A DNA stretch of 64,000 nt from a virus: IMG/VR virus record IMGVR_UViG_3300037264_003124, positions 6,443 through 70,442 of that record; one strand, 5' to 3'. The notes below the pieces were generated by a model. It had not been told where the DNA came from. It did no database searches and saw only the letters and a program-made list of their open reading frames with translations. Below are positions 36,952-47,014 of the stretch, piece by piece (within the stretch, counting starts at the first letter, position 1; the number at the start of each line of letters is the position of its first letter). A program made the position numbers and the translations under genes.

Positions 36952-38594
36952 TAGCCAACGAGCGCCTCGCTAATCGAGTTGCTCCCGCTGGTAGGCAGCA
37001 AGAGGCGCTTACCGGCCGTGTCGAAAAAGGCATCAAAATACTTCTGGAACTCGCTCGCGTTATTGTTCGTCACCGTGAGATTCCAGGCGTCCTCTTTGAG
37101 GACGGGCCGGCTACCCGCCATTGCGGCCACAAACGGCCCGCCCGGATACAGCTCCGTAGCCTGGACAAGCACTACTTCGTCAACCACAAAGTTTCTCGTC
37201 GGTTCCGCGATTGTCTTCCGCAGGACAACATAAAGCTGCCCCTGCGTAGACGGCTTGACGGCAAAGAAGAATCCCTTGCCAGTCTTGGCGGAGAGGCCCG
37301 ATAGGTTAGTCAGCTCGCTGATATTGGCCCCTGAGCGGTCGGTTAGCGTGACACCGCCGATCGAGTTAACAATCGCCACCTCGAATTGCCCCGTGCCAGC
37401 GGCCGTGGGCGTCATCCAATACCCCAGGAAATAAACTTTGTCCGGGTCGATGTCGACCGGCTGATAGATCGTCGTCAGCTCCGTGGCATGAGCCATGAAT
37501 TTCAGGCCGCGTCCCTTAATCGGAAGCGGATCGCCAGCCTGAACCTCGGCAATCACAAAGCTGCCGCCAGTAGTATGGTTGGAAACCATAACCGCCCCAA
37601 GATTTCCAGCTACACCAACAAATTCGATGGTATGTACATAGTTGGGACTGATTCCGGTCGTCGCGACCGTGACCTCCTCTAAACTTTGAACAGTCAGCGG
37701 GAGTTCCCGCAATGCGGTTTGGACGCCGCTGCCGTCATCGTTGTAGACGATATTTTCGGTCGAGTGATAAAAGCCTGTCACCGGGTCCAGAATCTTGATC
37801 CCGTAGAAACCGGCCGTCGGCGTACCGCTGATGGTAATCGACTGCTTTTCGTACTTCGTCAATTCCAAACCCGTACCCATCACGTCTGGAATCCAATCGT
37901 CGGGGGCATTGGTGATCTCTGCTTCTTCGAATCCTCCGTTTAGCAGAACAGAATCAGAGATCGTCAGCGGCCGAATGGTCTTGCTGATTCCGCTGCCGGT
38001 CGGCCAGTCCTCGGCCAACTTAGACCGCGCGGCTCGCTCGCCACGAATTCGCAGCACCGCGGCGTCGGCATCCGCGATAGCCAGGCCGCCCGACGTGCAA
38101 ATGACCTCCAGGACTTCGACGATGAACGTGTCGCTCTGACGGGCCAGGTGGTTCTTGATGCTGACCTTGAGCACCAGGTCCGTAGCCGAGTTGCCAGCCA
38201 CCGCCACATAGGTAGCGCTGACCGTGTTGGCCGTGACGTGGTAGGAATCGTCCTCCATCTCGTCGATGAGGTATTGCAGGGCGGCAGTCAGGTCGTCCCG
38301 CACCAGCTCCGAGTCGGCCTTGGCGGCCTCCCGCAAGAATCCCTGGCAATCCCTCTGCAAGGCGGCAGCCATTGCATCCCCGGCAGTCCGCCACGACAGC
38401 TCCGCCTTGGCCGCGGCATCCACGGAACGGTCGAAGTCCAGCGTGGCGTTAGTCTTTGCCTTGTAAGCGTTTACGAAATCGAGGACCTCTTGCTTGACAG
38501 TGGCAGAACGGACCGTCCCCAGCGTCTTGTGGGCGAAGAACGCCTTGCCAAGAATCGTGAAAATGCCGTTTGTGCCGGTGTAGGTCAGGGCCAT
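36951..38594 (-). CDS. Putative virion structural protein (carbohydrate-binding-like C-terminal part)
   Basis: LLNGGFE; QSITISGTPTAG...VQTALREL motif; located in the tail module. Confidence 0.5.
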   Translation of the reverse strand: MALTYTGTNGIFTILGKAFFAHKTLGTVRSATVKQEVLDFVNAYKAKTNATLDFDRSVDAAAKAELSWRTAGDAMAAALQRDCQGFLREAAKADSELVRDDLTAALQYLIDEMEDDSYHVTANTVSATYVAVAGNSATDLVLKVSIKNHLARQSDTFIVEVLEVICTSGGLAIADADAAVLRIRGERAARSKLAEDWPTGSGISKTIRPLTISDSVLLNGGFEEAEITNAPDDWIPDVMGTGLELTKYEKQSITISGTPTAGFYGIKILDPVTGFYHSTENIVYNDDGSGVQTALRELPLTVQSLEEVTVATTGISPNYVHTIEFVGVAGNLGAVMVSNHTTGGSFVIAEVQAGDPLPIKGRGLKFMAHATELTTIYQPVDIDPDKVYFLGYWMTPTAAGTGQFEVAIVNSIGGVTLTDRSGANISELTNLSGLSAKTGKGFFFAVKPSTQGQLYVVLRKTIAEPTRNFVVDEVVLVQATELYPGGPFVAAMAGSRPVLKEDAWNLTVTNNNASEFQKYFDAFFDTAGKRLLLPTSGSNSISEALVG

Positions 38595-38597
38595 GAT

Positions 38598-40400
38598 CTA
38601 TACAAGTGTGCTCTCGTAGGAATCACTAGGCGTGATGAACGTCGACACTGTTTTCAGGTTCGGGTGTTGGCCAATGCGAATCTGCTCCTCATCCTTGGGT
38701 GGACGATTCAGGATATAGACGTACCGCGCCTCGACCCGGAATATCTGGCTCCTTCCGTCCGGAGAAATTATTGGCGGATACCAGCGTTCGTTCTTTGACT
38801 TCCGCGTGGCTACTAATGTGCCATCTCGAATCTCGGAATGTGGCTCTGGAAGCTGCGGTGGCGTTCCCGTCCGCTCGGCGTCAATCTCGATGACCTTGAA
38901 CGCTTGCGGCTCGCACAGATCGAATACGACCGTCGTGGCGGAATCGGCATTCCTGCTTCCCGCAACACGGGCCAGCGGCATGCCCACCTTCATATCGTGC
39001 CGGGTATACTCGGCGGTAATCTTGGACATCGTATAGATTCCCTTGCGGGCCGATTCGCTGTAATTGTCGAGTGGCTCGTCTGGAATGCTGCCGGGCGACT
39101 TTTCGATGATCTCCGTTTCGTGCCGCTCGGTTTCTGATTGCTCTTCTCCTGTCGATGTTGGTGGCGTTCCCTGCAAGATTCCATGCACGTTTATACATGG
39201 GTCTTGCAAGTAACAGTGCAAGAGCAACAGAACCGTTGGCCGTCGCTCGCTGCCATGCGGGTCGTATCCGTAGAGGGCCGGATAGGGAGACAAGCGTGGA
39301 TCATACTCAGTACCTGCAATGTCGTCGCCTTGATTTTGCAGCGGCGGGAGTTTCAGCGGAGTACCCAGCACTTCCTCGCGGATGTGTGTTAGCAACTCGC
39401 CCGCGTCACGCAATTGCTTAACCCGCATCGTCAATTCCACGACGGCTTGCTCGCCGGTGTAGTCGATTACCTCGGCGTACTCAATCAGCATCGTCGGTTC
39501 TTTTGATGCCGAGTTGGACTGATTGATAAAGTCCAAGCGGTTGTCGGCAATCTGCGTAGCCCGCTCAATCAGCAGCCGCTTGTCGACGTGCGGTGGGCCT
39601 TCCAAGCGAACATTGACCTGAGATATGAACGACACACCGTCATTGGTCGATTCCGAGTGCCGGGCCTCCATCTTCGTAGCGGGCCACGGAGCGGCCGTGT
39701 GTACCTGCTTATCGACGATGCTGTAGGTGCAATCGAGCCCGTTCTCTTCAACCGTAAAATCTACTCGGTCGCGTCGGAAACCGTGCTCCAAACCTGGAAC
39801 GACCAAAGCCTTAGTGGCATGCCCTGGAATTGGCCCTGCAGCGCGTAGGCGGCCTTCAATACGACGGGTCGTGAAGAAATTCGAGTCCATGCTTTCCGTG
39901 ACCCGCCAACGGTTATTAAGCACGAAATTAGATTGTCCGGGACTGCATGTCCCGATCATGCACTCAATTTCAAACTGCACCCGATATACTGAGTTGCCGC
40001 TGACGTGCATGATGCTAACGCGGCGGGGCTTTGGTCCGTTGTTGACGTCCGGGTCAAGCGGCGAAGTGACACCATCTCCCTGGACAACCGCCGGGCCGGC
40101 GCTAAGTACGGTTTGCCCTCCAAATTGAACAATCAACGCCCGCCGCGGCTTACTCAGAAGAACTTTCACGGCGCTGTAAACAGCCGCAGAACTTCCGCCG
40201 CTATTCGTTCCAGTCCGTGCGATATAGGCAGTAGATCCCGTTAGCGGAACTCGCTGGGCGTGCAAAATGCCTTCAAACGACAGGTTGAACTTGCTACCAA
40301 TGGTGTCTGTTTCTGATTGGTCGTAGACTATCTCTTGCTCAAACCGCCGCGTCACGACGTTGTAGAGAGTGATTCCGTTGTAGGTAACGGTTGTAGCCAT
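38598..40400 (-). CDS. Putative distal tail/baseplate protein
   Basis: Immediately follows the tape measure gene; begins TVTYNGITL. Confidence 0.5.
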   Translation of the reverse strand: MATTVTYNGITLYNVVTRRFEQEIVYDQSETDTIGSKFNLSFEGILHAQRVPLTGSTAYIARTGTNSGGSSAAVYSAVKVLLSKPRRALIVQFGGQTVLSAGPAVVQGDGVTSPLDPDVNNGPKPRRVSIMHVSGNSVYRVQFEIECMIGTCSPGQSNFVLNNRWRVTESMDSNFFTTRRIEGRLRAAGPIPGHATKALVVPGLEHGFRRDRVDFTVEENGLDCTYSIVDKQVHTAAPWPATKMEARHSESTNDGVSFISQVNVRLEGPPHVDKRLLIERATQIADNRLDFINQSNSASKEPTMLIEYAEVIDYTGEQAVVELTMRVKQLRDAGELLTHIREEVLGTPLKLPPLQNQGDDIAGTEYDPRLSPYPALYGYDPHGSERRPTVLLLLHCYLQDPCINVHGILQGTPPTSTGEEQSETERHETEIIEKSPGSIPDEPLDNYSESARKGIYTMSKITAEYTRHDMKVGMPLARVAGSRNADSATTVVFDLCEPQAFKVIEIDAERTGTPPQLPEPHSEIRDGTLVATRKSKNERWYPPIISPDGRSQIFRVEARYVYILNRPPKDEEQIRIGQHPNLKTVSTFITPSDSYESTLV

Positions 40401-41156
40401 CTACGGAAGCCTCTGGTCCCGTCCTGGACGTTGATTGATGGGATTTCCGAAGTTGCCGCGGCTGATCTCGCGGAAGAACTTGCGTAGATCGCCTTGCAAG
40501 GCTGCTTGGCCTGTTTCTGTTGGTACGGAAACGAACGGAATCTTGTCGATTAGGTCTAGAGCCTTTTCCACCAGCCATGTCGCCGGACGCATGAGGAAGA
40601 TACCAAGTCGCGCAAACTGAATCAGTGTTGTCCCAACGACATTCATAATGCGTAGTCCAACTTCAGTCAGCGGCTGCATGTCTTCGCGGAGCGCCATGAA
40701 TGCCCTAGCCAGCCCCTGCGTGGACGGCGATATTCCAGCCCCCGTCCGTACTCCCAACAGTAGACTCTGCCGCTCCATGCGTGCGAACGACTGAGCAATT
40801 CCAGAATTGAACATCGCGAACCCGCGGCGACGCTCCAGGACAATCGCCCCGAACGACTCAACGGCCTTGGCCGCCGAGAATGCTGCCGGACCCAACAGCG
40901 CCACGCTCGTCATCGTGGTTGCCATCTTGCGGGCAGATGCAATGAACTGCTCACTGGCTAGCCTCTGCCCTTCGGCCTTGATTTGCTCTTGAGAGGGCTT
41001 GGGTGTTCCCAGACGGCGTGCCAATCCCGCTACATCTACTGCCGTGGTCCCGGCGGAGAATGCCGTCCACAGCCGGCCGCCAAGAAGCGACGCCATGCCA
41101 CGGCCGGCAAGGCCGCGGGCGGCAGCTCCCAAAAGTGGCAAAAAAGGCAAAGGCAT
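40401..41156 (-). CDS. Short tape-measure-like protein
   Basis: Ala/Gly/Leu-rich amphipathic helices; follows the frameshifted chaperone with a TGATG overlap. Confidence 0.6.
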   Translation of the reverse strand: MPLPFLPLLGAAARGLAGRGMASLLGGRLWTAFSAGTTAVDVAGLARRLGTPKPSQEQIKAEGQRLASEQFIASARKMATTMTSVALLGPAAFSAAKAVESFGAIVLERRRGFAMFNSGIAQSFARMERQSLLLGVRTGAGISPSTQGLARAFMALREDMQPLTEVGLRIMNVVGTTLIQFARLGIFLMRPATWLVEKALDLIDKIPFVSVPTETGQAALQGDLRKFFREISRGNFGNPINQRPGRDQRLP

Positions 41157-41787
41157 CAGTGATCCCCGTTCGTCTCAAAATCCTGCGACTGTCGCTCGCT
41201 CTGCTCTTCAATCTTCGCCAACGCATTCTCTCGCTCATGCATCGCCGTGGCCTGTACAGGGTCGTCGTACTGGGCAGCGAATAGCCGGTAGTGCGGGACC
41301 CGCTGAAACGACTGCTGGATGGCGTGATAGGTCCGCAGCGTGTGCCGGGCCTCTACCCGCTCCAGGTTCAGCCAGCAGCCGACGAGAAACTCATAGTCGA
41401 GTTCGGGTCCTCCATGGCACTTGAGGACCTCCCAGCCGTACCCGACGACGATGTCGACCCAGGGCCTAGCTTTTTTTTAGCGGCCGTGACCCAGTCGCCG
41501 AAGTCAGACAGGACATTCAGCACCTCGGCAGCGGTCAGGGAATTCCGGTGCGCATCTTCAAACGCCACCAGTCCAAACGCCTCCCGAGCGGCGGCAATCG
41601 TTGTATCGGCGGCCAAGCCGTCACCTTCGTCAACCTCTTCGAGCTGTTCCCACTTGAATTGTGGATGCGAATCGAGGAATCGATAGACGGCATAGGGATC
41701 CACCGCCCGCGTCTTCGTGCCGTCGAAGAACCGGAAAATAGCCCGGCTTCGCTTACGTCGCAATCGCTTGATGAAGTCAAAGATCAT
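41156..41787 (-). CDS. Tail assembly chaperone G/GT (G = 41368-41787; GT by -1 frameshift, ending at 41156)
   Basis: Slippery A AAA AAG at 41476-41470; the -1 frame stays open until a TGA that overlaps the tape measure ATG. Confidence 0.8.
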
Positions 41788-42380
41788 AGAGCGAACAGGT
41801 CTGTTGTTACTGTGTTTTCCAGAACACCATCCGAATCTTTGTGGCACTCGAATTCCAGAATCGGCGATTGGAACTTCGTCGCCACGTTGAGGTCGATGGC
41901 GGCGCGCAGAAACGCACGTGGGAAATGGTGCACCTCGGCATCGCCACGAACCGCGCGAATAGTCAGCTTCATGGTATAGCTGTTTGTGAACATCAGCGTT
42001 CCGGGCGGCCTTGCTGCGGGAGGGTCAGACCCAGAAGCAGCTATCGGTACAGGACGCCCGAACAGAGTGTTAGCGACCCTTGCCTTGATGGCGGCCACCG
42101 CCGTCGTATCGAACTTGGTAAGCTCGATCCGGACTCGGGCAATACGTCCCAGGTGCTGGACGTCGATTGGCGGTCCGTCGTCCCCACCGTGTTCGTCACC
42201 AGGCACGTCAATCCAGAAATCCTCATAGGTGATCGTGACACCGTTGCGGCTGTATCCAACCGGACGTGGCTTGCCGGCTTCAGTGCCTCCCGAACCACCA
42301 CCAAGATCCGCCTGAGCAATCCAGATTTCGGCGGCCCCCGGAACATGGATTTTGATATTGTTGCTACCGCTATATCCCAC
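41784..42380 (-). CDS. Tail tube protein
   Basis: VGYSRNGVTITYE....DV..D..GG motif; HFPRA; lies between the adaptor and the chaperone. Confidence 0.75.
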   Translation of the reverse strand: MGYSGSNNIKIHVPGAAEIWIAQADLGGGSGGTEAGKPRPVGYSRNGVTITYEDFWIDVPGDEHGGDDGPPIDVQHLGRIARVRIELTKFDTTAVAAIKARVANTLFGRPVPIAASGSDPPAARPPGTLMFTNSYTMKLTIRAVRGDAEVHHFPRAFLRAAIDLNVATKFQSPILEFECHKDSDGVLENTVTTDLFAL

Positions 42381-42386
42381 GTTGGA

Positions 42387-42893
42387 TTACCTCCCCAGCG
42401 GCAGCCGCTGCGAACGGGCCGGGTAGAAGTGACCGCCTAGCCTGTCTGGAATCCAGTTTCCGTAGAGCTTATAGTCGAGCGCCGAAAGACCATCGTGGAA
42501 CACCACGCCCGCGTTCTTGTTGGCGTCGATGTTAAAGACCCTCTCGCCTTTCCGCAGCCGGTCGAGATATTCTTCGGCACGCTGGTGAATCGGGTGGTCC
42601 GCGTCCTTGAACTTCTCCGGCCGGGCCTGAATCAGATAGGACAGGGTAATCTCACAGCAAATACGCCGCAGACCGTGCCTGTCGCTGCCGCTTAATGCTG
42701 CCAAGTCAACAGGCAAATACATCCGCCCAGTCTGGCAGGCCATGTCAATCGCGGCTGTAGCGTCCTGCAAGGCCGTTTCCATGCGGTCGCTGGACGACAG
42801 ATTCGTCTCGGCAGTCCCATCGTCGCGACAGAGGTCCTTGAGGGTCCTCTCGTCGAAACGATGCGTCATTTGCTCGACATCCGCGTAAGGCAT
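42387..42893 (-). CDS. Head-tail adaptor (Mu gp36/DUF1320-like)
   Basis: YAD...M..RF....L..L, AL.DA.A.ID, Y.P, L..ICC.I, A..YL..L..G. Confidence 0.8.
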   Translation of the reverse strand: MPYADVEQMTHRFDERTLKDLCRDDGTAETNLSSSDRMETALQDATAAIDMACQTGRMYLPVDLAALSGSDRHGLRRICCEITLSYLIQARPEKFKDADHPIHQRAEEYLDRLRKGERVFNIDANKNAGVVFHDGLSALDYKLYGNWIPDRLGGHFYPARSQRLPLGR

Positions 42894-42897
42894 AACC

Positions 42898-42922
42898 AGA
42901 GGTCAGAGGTCAGAGGTCAGAG
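42898..42922. repeat. Heptamer tandem repeat (AGAGGTC)x3.5
   Basis: Fills the intergenic gap between the MCP and adaptor genes. Confidence 0.75.
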
Positions 42923-43969
42923 CTAAGAGGCAGCAGTGAACAGTACGCCGCTAGCTGGCGCGGCCAGTTGGTAGTCGATGACCTCCGTCACGCCCAAGAG
43001 CTGCCGCTTGTTGATGGCGTCGTTGACCGTCTCGACTCCCATCTCCAAGAATGCGAACCCTACGCACGTCGAGAAGTTGGGACCTACCGGGGCCTCCAGC
43101 CCACCGGGACGGGCGCACAAGAATGGCGTAGCCGTTGGCAAAATCTGGCTCCTCGCCGCGGCCGCTCCCTTGGCGGACGTAATCTTGCGGGTCCCTTCCA
43201 CTACGAGACTGAACCCGTACAGCTTGTCAGGCAAACCGTAGTCGGAATTCGGGTTAAACGCCTTGCCTTCGCCTTTGATGAAGTAGGGCGCCTCGGGAGA
43301 AGCCTTGATGTAGTCGACGATCTCTTGCGACAGGGCAATCTCGGCGGCCAGCTCGGAGTTGATGACCAGAATCAGCTCATCCATCTCGAGCGCGTCGAGC
43401 GTGTCGTCGCGGATGACTTCGGCCGCTCCAAAGAGGGACCTCTTGATGTCCTGCCGAGCCGTAGTTGACTGCACCCACGTCCCCTGATTCGTTCCCAGCG
43501 AGCTGGAGAACGTCGAGGCGTTGATGACGTGAGACGCCGCATAGTTGCCGGTCGTCGTGAGCTGCGTAATTGCAAGTTGCGTGCGAGCCGTCATCGCCTG
43601 CCGCGAGTAGATCGACAGATGTTGCTGAGACACGTCCCAATCGGCGTTGGAAATCGTCAGGTCTCCCAACGGCAGACCGTAGTAGTACCGCTCGCAACGG
43701 TAAGGGAAGAACTCGAACGACTCGCCACCCTCATTCCGCTCCGGTCGCGGCTGTCCGTCAGCCCACAGCTTGTCATCGAGAGTGGTTGAGAGGACTCGGC
43801 CCGCCTCCTCGATCGTCATCCGCTGATAGTAGTCGTTCAGCTTGGTGACGGGGACAGTCTGCGTGTAGCGGTTGACCGGGAACCGCTTGATGTTGCGGGC
43901 GAAGTCCACCACGAGCCCCTTGTGACTCGGCACGTGGACACTAAATGGTCCTGGATAAGCAGCAGCCAT
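42923..43969 (-). CDS. Major capsid protein (HK97 fold)
   Basis: 348 aa; located between the decoration and adaptor genes; ends LAAPASGVLFTAA. Confidence 0.75.
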   Translation of the reverse strand: MAAAYPGPFSVHVPSHKGLVVDFARNIKRFPVNRYTQTVPVTKLNDYYQRMTIEEAGRVLSTTLDDKLWADGQPRPERNEGGESFEFFPYRCERYYYGLPLGDLTISNADWDVSQQHLSIYSRQAMTARTQLAITQLTTTGNYAASHVINASTFSSSLGTNQGTWVQSTTARQDIKRSLFGAAEVIRDDTLDALEMDELILVINSELAAEIALSQEIVDYIKASPEAPYFIKGEGKAFNPNSDYGLPDKLYGFSLVVEGTRKITSAKGAAAARSQILPTATPFLCARPGGLEAPVGPNFSTCVGFAFLEMGVETVNDAINKRQLLGVTEVIDYQLAAPASGVLFTAAS

Positions 43970-44017
43970 GATCTTTCATCCTTCATGGCCCTCCGCGGCA
44001 GGCTCCCGCATGTGTCG

Positions 44018-44069
44018 CGACGGCGGTCGGCTGCGGTGGCCGATGCTTCGGGAGCTACCCTAGCCGTCG
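44018..44069 (-). ncRNA. Putative structured cis-RNA (three-way junction), copy 2
   Basis: CGACGGC-TA-GGG(TAGCT)CCC-GAAGCA-TCGGC(7 nt)GCCGA-CC-GCCGTCG, in the MCP leader. Confidence 0.5.
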
Positions 44070-44080
44070 TGTTTCAAAAA

Positions 44081-44491
44081 CTAGGCTGGCATCTTGGTGC
44101 CGATGTTGACTTGCACGAGACGCTTTTCGCCCGACGCAGCGCCTTCCTGGGCAATCCCTACGACGTTCTGCATCGTGGTGCCGCTGGTCGCAGCCTGTAC
44201 GCCCTTGCCGTCCGCATCGCTCTTGAGAAAGTCGCCAGCAACCCACGTCCCGCCCGCCTCCAAGAGACAGATATCTCCGTCGCCATGCAGGCGAATTACA
44301 TCATCTGTCTCGGCGTGGTTGTTCGTGGTGACGAGGTCGTTCAGCGGAGGATACTTGCCATCTTGCATCGAAATGCCGATGGCTTGTTCGTTCGCGTCAG
44401 CTTCAGCCCCCTTATGGTTGCCGGACATCTTAACGATGCGAGACGTGCGGATCGTCCCGCTGGCACGTAGGTTGGGAGTGGTGTTGGGCAT
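44081..44491 (-). CDS. Capsid decoration/cement protein (DUF2190-like)
   Basis: AIGIS, LEAGG...AGDFLKSDADGKGV, VGIAQEGAASGE. Confidence 0.8.
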   Translation of the reverse strand: MPNTTPNLRASGTIRTSRIVKMSGNHKGAEADANEQAIGISMQDGKYPPLNDLVTTNNHAETDDVIRLHGDGDICLLEAGGTWVAGDFLKSDADGKGVQAATSGTTMQNVVGIAQEGAASGEKRLVQVNIGTKMPA

Positions 44492-44525
44492 GTTTGTCTC
44501 TCCTCAGATGAGGGTTTCGGTAGTG

Positions 44526-46727
44526 TTAAGCAGCCGCGCCGTTGGTGATCTTTTGCAACTCCTGTTCATACCAGCCAGTGGTATCCGTCGTTGGAGGTGC
44601 ATTTCGAGTGCGAGCCATGACGGCCTTGTACGCCCGGTCCTGATCTTCCTTGCTGTACTTCTCCGTCTCGCCACTCTTCGTGCCGGGCCGATGCCGTGAG
44701 TACCGCTCTACGCCTTCAACGTATGGCAAGTCGAGATTCAACGGAGCACGCGGCGTGTTTTCCAGAAGAGCGTCAACGAACCCGTCGAATTGCGAGTCGT
44801 CACGCATCTTGGAATAGCACAGCCGCTCCATCATCTTGTCCGGGTCGAGAACGTAGCCCTCATGATGGAGCTGCAACAGGCGAGCGCGGCGGTTGGCGTC
44901 GGTCTTCTCCTGATAGCGGGACTGCGACTCCGATTCGAGTTTCGCGACCCTGGCCTTTAGTGCGTCACGCTCGTACTTGAGCGTCTCGTTCTCTCCCGAT
45001 GATCTACTGTGTGCCATCTTTTCAGACTCCTTGCGTGGCGGGCCTCCTGTGCCTTCCTGGATCGTGTGCTCACTTCCCTTGACGCCTTCCGCCTCATTGG
45101 CTGTCTGGTCATAGGTGCCGGCCTCGGCGTCTGGCTGATCGTCGCCGTCGACGTGGCTTTCGGCGGCATAGCTCCGCTTCTTGCGGCCAGCCATGTACTG
45201 GGTCAGCTCCTCGTCCTCCATCGCGTCTAGCGCCGCGTAACAGGCTTTCTGATACGCCATATCCTTCTCCTTGTTCTTGTCAGGTGGTTCTTGAGGTGGG
45301 TCGCCGCCAGGCGCGTCAAGTCCTGGATCACCACCGGGTGCGCCAAGCCCACCGCCTTTCACTTGTGGCGGTGCCGGTGCAGTGGCCGCGGCTTGTGGAG
45401 GTGCCGCCGGCATCGCCCCCGCAGGTGGAATAGGATTCTCGGCTGGAGGCGGTGCGGCGGCGGCTACGGCGGGCGGTGGTGCGGCCCCTGGCGGTGCTCC
45501 CGCTGCTGGAGGTGCACCTGGAGCTACAGGCGTTGGCGGAGTTACCCCAGGCTGTTCAGCACCCTGCCCTTGCATCATCTGGGATTCCAGGAACTGCCAC
45601 TGCGGCAACTGCTGGATGGCGTCCACGATGCGGGCCAGGTCTTGGTCATCGAGCATCAGGTCGCCCTCCGCTTCGTAGTTTTCGGTGATTCCAAGTCCTG
45701 AATTGGCAATGGAAAGTCGCCTGAATTCCTGGTAGTACTCGTCAACGGAAGCTGCTGGCGGAACGCTTTTGGTAACATGTCCTAAAATCTCCACCTTCTG
45801 GGCAGGAGATTGGGAATCAAACCACTTTTCCGCCTGACCGGGAATTCTTCCGGTAGCCAATGCATGCTCTATCGCTTCAGACGCAGCTTTGAGACTGAAA
45901 GAGTCTTCTTGTGAAAGACCAAAGTCTCCGGGGTCTCTTGTCAGCGTCCTTAAAAAGGATTGTGTTTGTTGAGAACTGAGCTTCTTTTCTTTCCCGTTGG
46001 CCCATTCCTTCAAAATCGATACCAGCCACTTCCCTTTATCCGGGGATTTACCAATTGGTTTTTCTTTTGATGACGTGGACGCCCCGCACGTATTTCCTGC
46101 TTTGAATCCCCCATCTCCAGTCCCGCAGTTGTCTGCCGCGTAGTCTTTCTGTGGAATATGCACATTCCCCGGACCCTCGAAGACCGCCGCGTACTTCTCG
46201 ACCAGCTTGCCGGGGTGCACGCGCGAATAGACCAGCCCCATGTCCAGCCGCGGAACTTCCGCCCCCAATAATGCAATCGGGTCCAGGAACATCTCGTCGT
46301 AGGTATCCTCGACCCACAGTTCCGGGCTGCGGCGGGCAATGTACTTCTGCGCCTCTTCCCACTCTGAGCGGCGAACGTGAAAGTCGGCCGTGATGGCGTA
46401 CCGCTCTCGCCCCATCTCGCCCGACATTGACGCCACTCGAAAGGGACCGGCAAAACCGACCGCCTTCAATGGCGGCAGGCCGGAACCGGCCGGTGGCGTA
46501 TGGCCAATCGACAGGGCCGCATAGTCGCCCGTCTCGGCGATCCGGCGGTTGCAGCGATTGGCTACCGCCTCCAGCTCCGTCCGGCCGAACCTCAGAGTGC
46601 GACCGTCTTTGGTAGTCGTCTCGTGCTCCGCGAATACAGGCACGTCCCGAATCGACACGAACTGGTCCGGCGGAAACGGATTGCTGGCCGTTTGTGCGGG
46701 TTCGGTGGCGTTGGGAAATGCAACCAA
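44526..46727 (-). CDS. Mu-like prohead protease/scaffold polyprotein with an inserted domain
   Basis: IGHT, VGF, RRSPEL and IALLGAEVP protease motifs; Pro/Ala linker; coiled-coil scaffold at the C-terminus. Confidence 0.75.
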   Translation of the reverse strand: MVAFPNATEPAQTASNPFPPDQFVSIRDVPVFAEHETTTKDGRTLRFGRTELEAVANRCNRRIAETGDYAALSIGHTPPAGSGLPPLKAVGFAGPFRVASMSGEMGRERYAITADFHVRRSEWEEAQKYIARRSPELWVEDTYDEMFLDPIALLGAEVPRLDMGLVYSRVHPGKLVEKYAAVFEGPGNVHIPQKDYAADNCGTGDGGFKAGNTCGASTSSKEKPIGKSPDKGKWLVSILKEWANGKEKKLSSQQTQSFLRTLTRDPGDFGLSQEDSFSLKAASEAIEHALATGRIPGQAEKWFDSQSPAQKVEILGHVTKSVPPAASVDEYYQEFRRLSIANSGLGITENYEAEGDLMLDDQDLARIVDAIQQLPQWQFLESQMMQGQGAEQPGVTPPTPVAPGAPPAAGAPPGAAPPPAVAAAAPPPAENPIPPAGAMPAAPPQAAATAPAPPQVKGGGLGAPGGDPGLDAPGGDPPQEPPDKNKEKDMAYQKACYAALDAMEDEELTQYMAGRKKRSYAAESHVDGDDQPDAEAGTYDQTANEAEGVKGSEHTIQEGTGGPPRKESEKMAHSRSSGENETLKYERDALKARVAKLESESQSRYQEKTDANRRARLLQLHHEGYVLDPDKMMERLCYSKMRDDSQFDGFVDALLENTPRAPLNLDLPYVEGVERYSRHRPGTKSGETEKYSKEDQDRAYKAVMARTRNAPPTTDTTGWYEQELQKITNGAAA

Positions 46728-46792
46728 GAGACACGGGGCGCGGCGACGTAGATGGTCACTCTAGGCCCAGCGTGCCACGCGGCAGGCGGGAA

Positions 46793-47014
46793 TCACGAAT
46801 CCACCACGCGGCTTTCAGTCCGCGTCTCGGTTGCAGGTTTGAACCGCGTGTAGTGGTCCCCGACCTGGCCGGATTCGAGCGGAACCGCAACAAAGAGGGT
46901 TCCGCTTAGCCCCTTGGACTCGGCTGAGTACAAGAGGTTTTTGAGGGTCTTCAGGCAAGCGTGTATCTGCTTGCCGTTGGACTCTCTTCCTGGATTCTTA
47001 GCATGTTGCGGCAT
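46793..47014 (-). CDS. Hypothetical protein
   Basis: Coupled small ORF. Confidence 0.4.
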   Translation of the reverse strand: MPQHAKNPGRESNGKQIHACLKTLKNLLYSAESKGLSGTLFVAVPLESGQVGDHYTRFKPATETRTESRVVDS

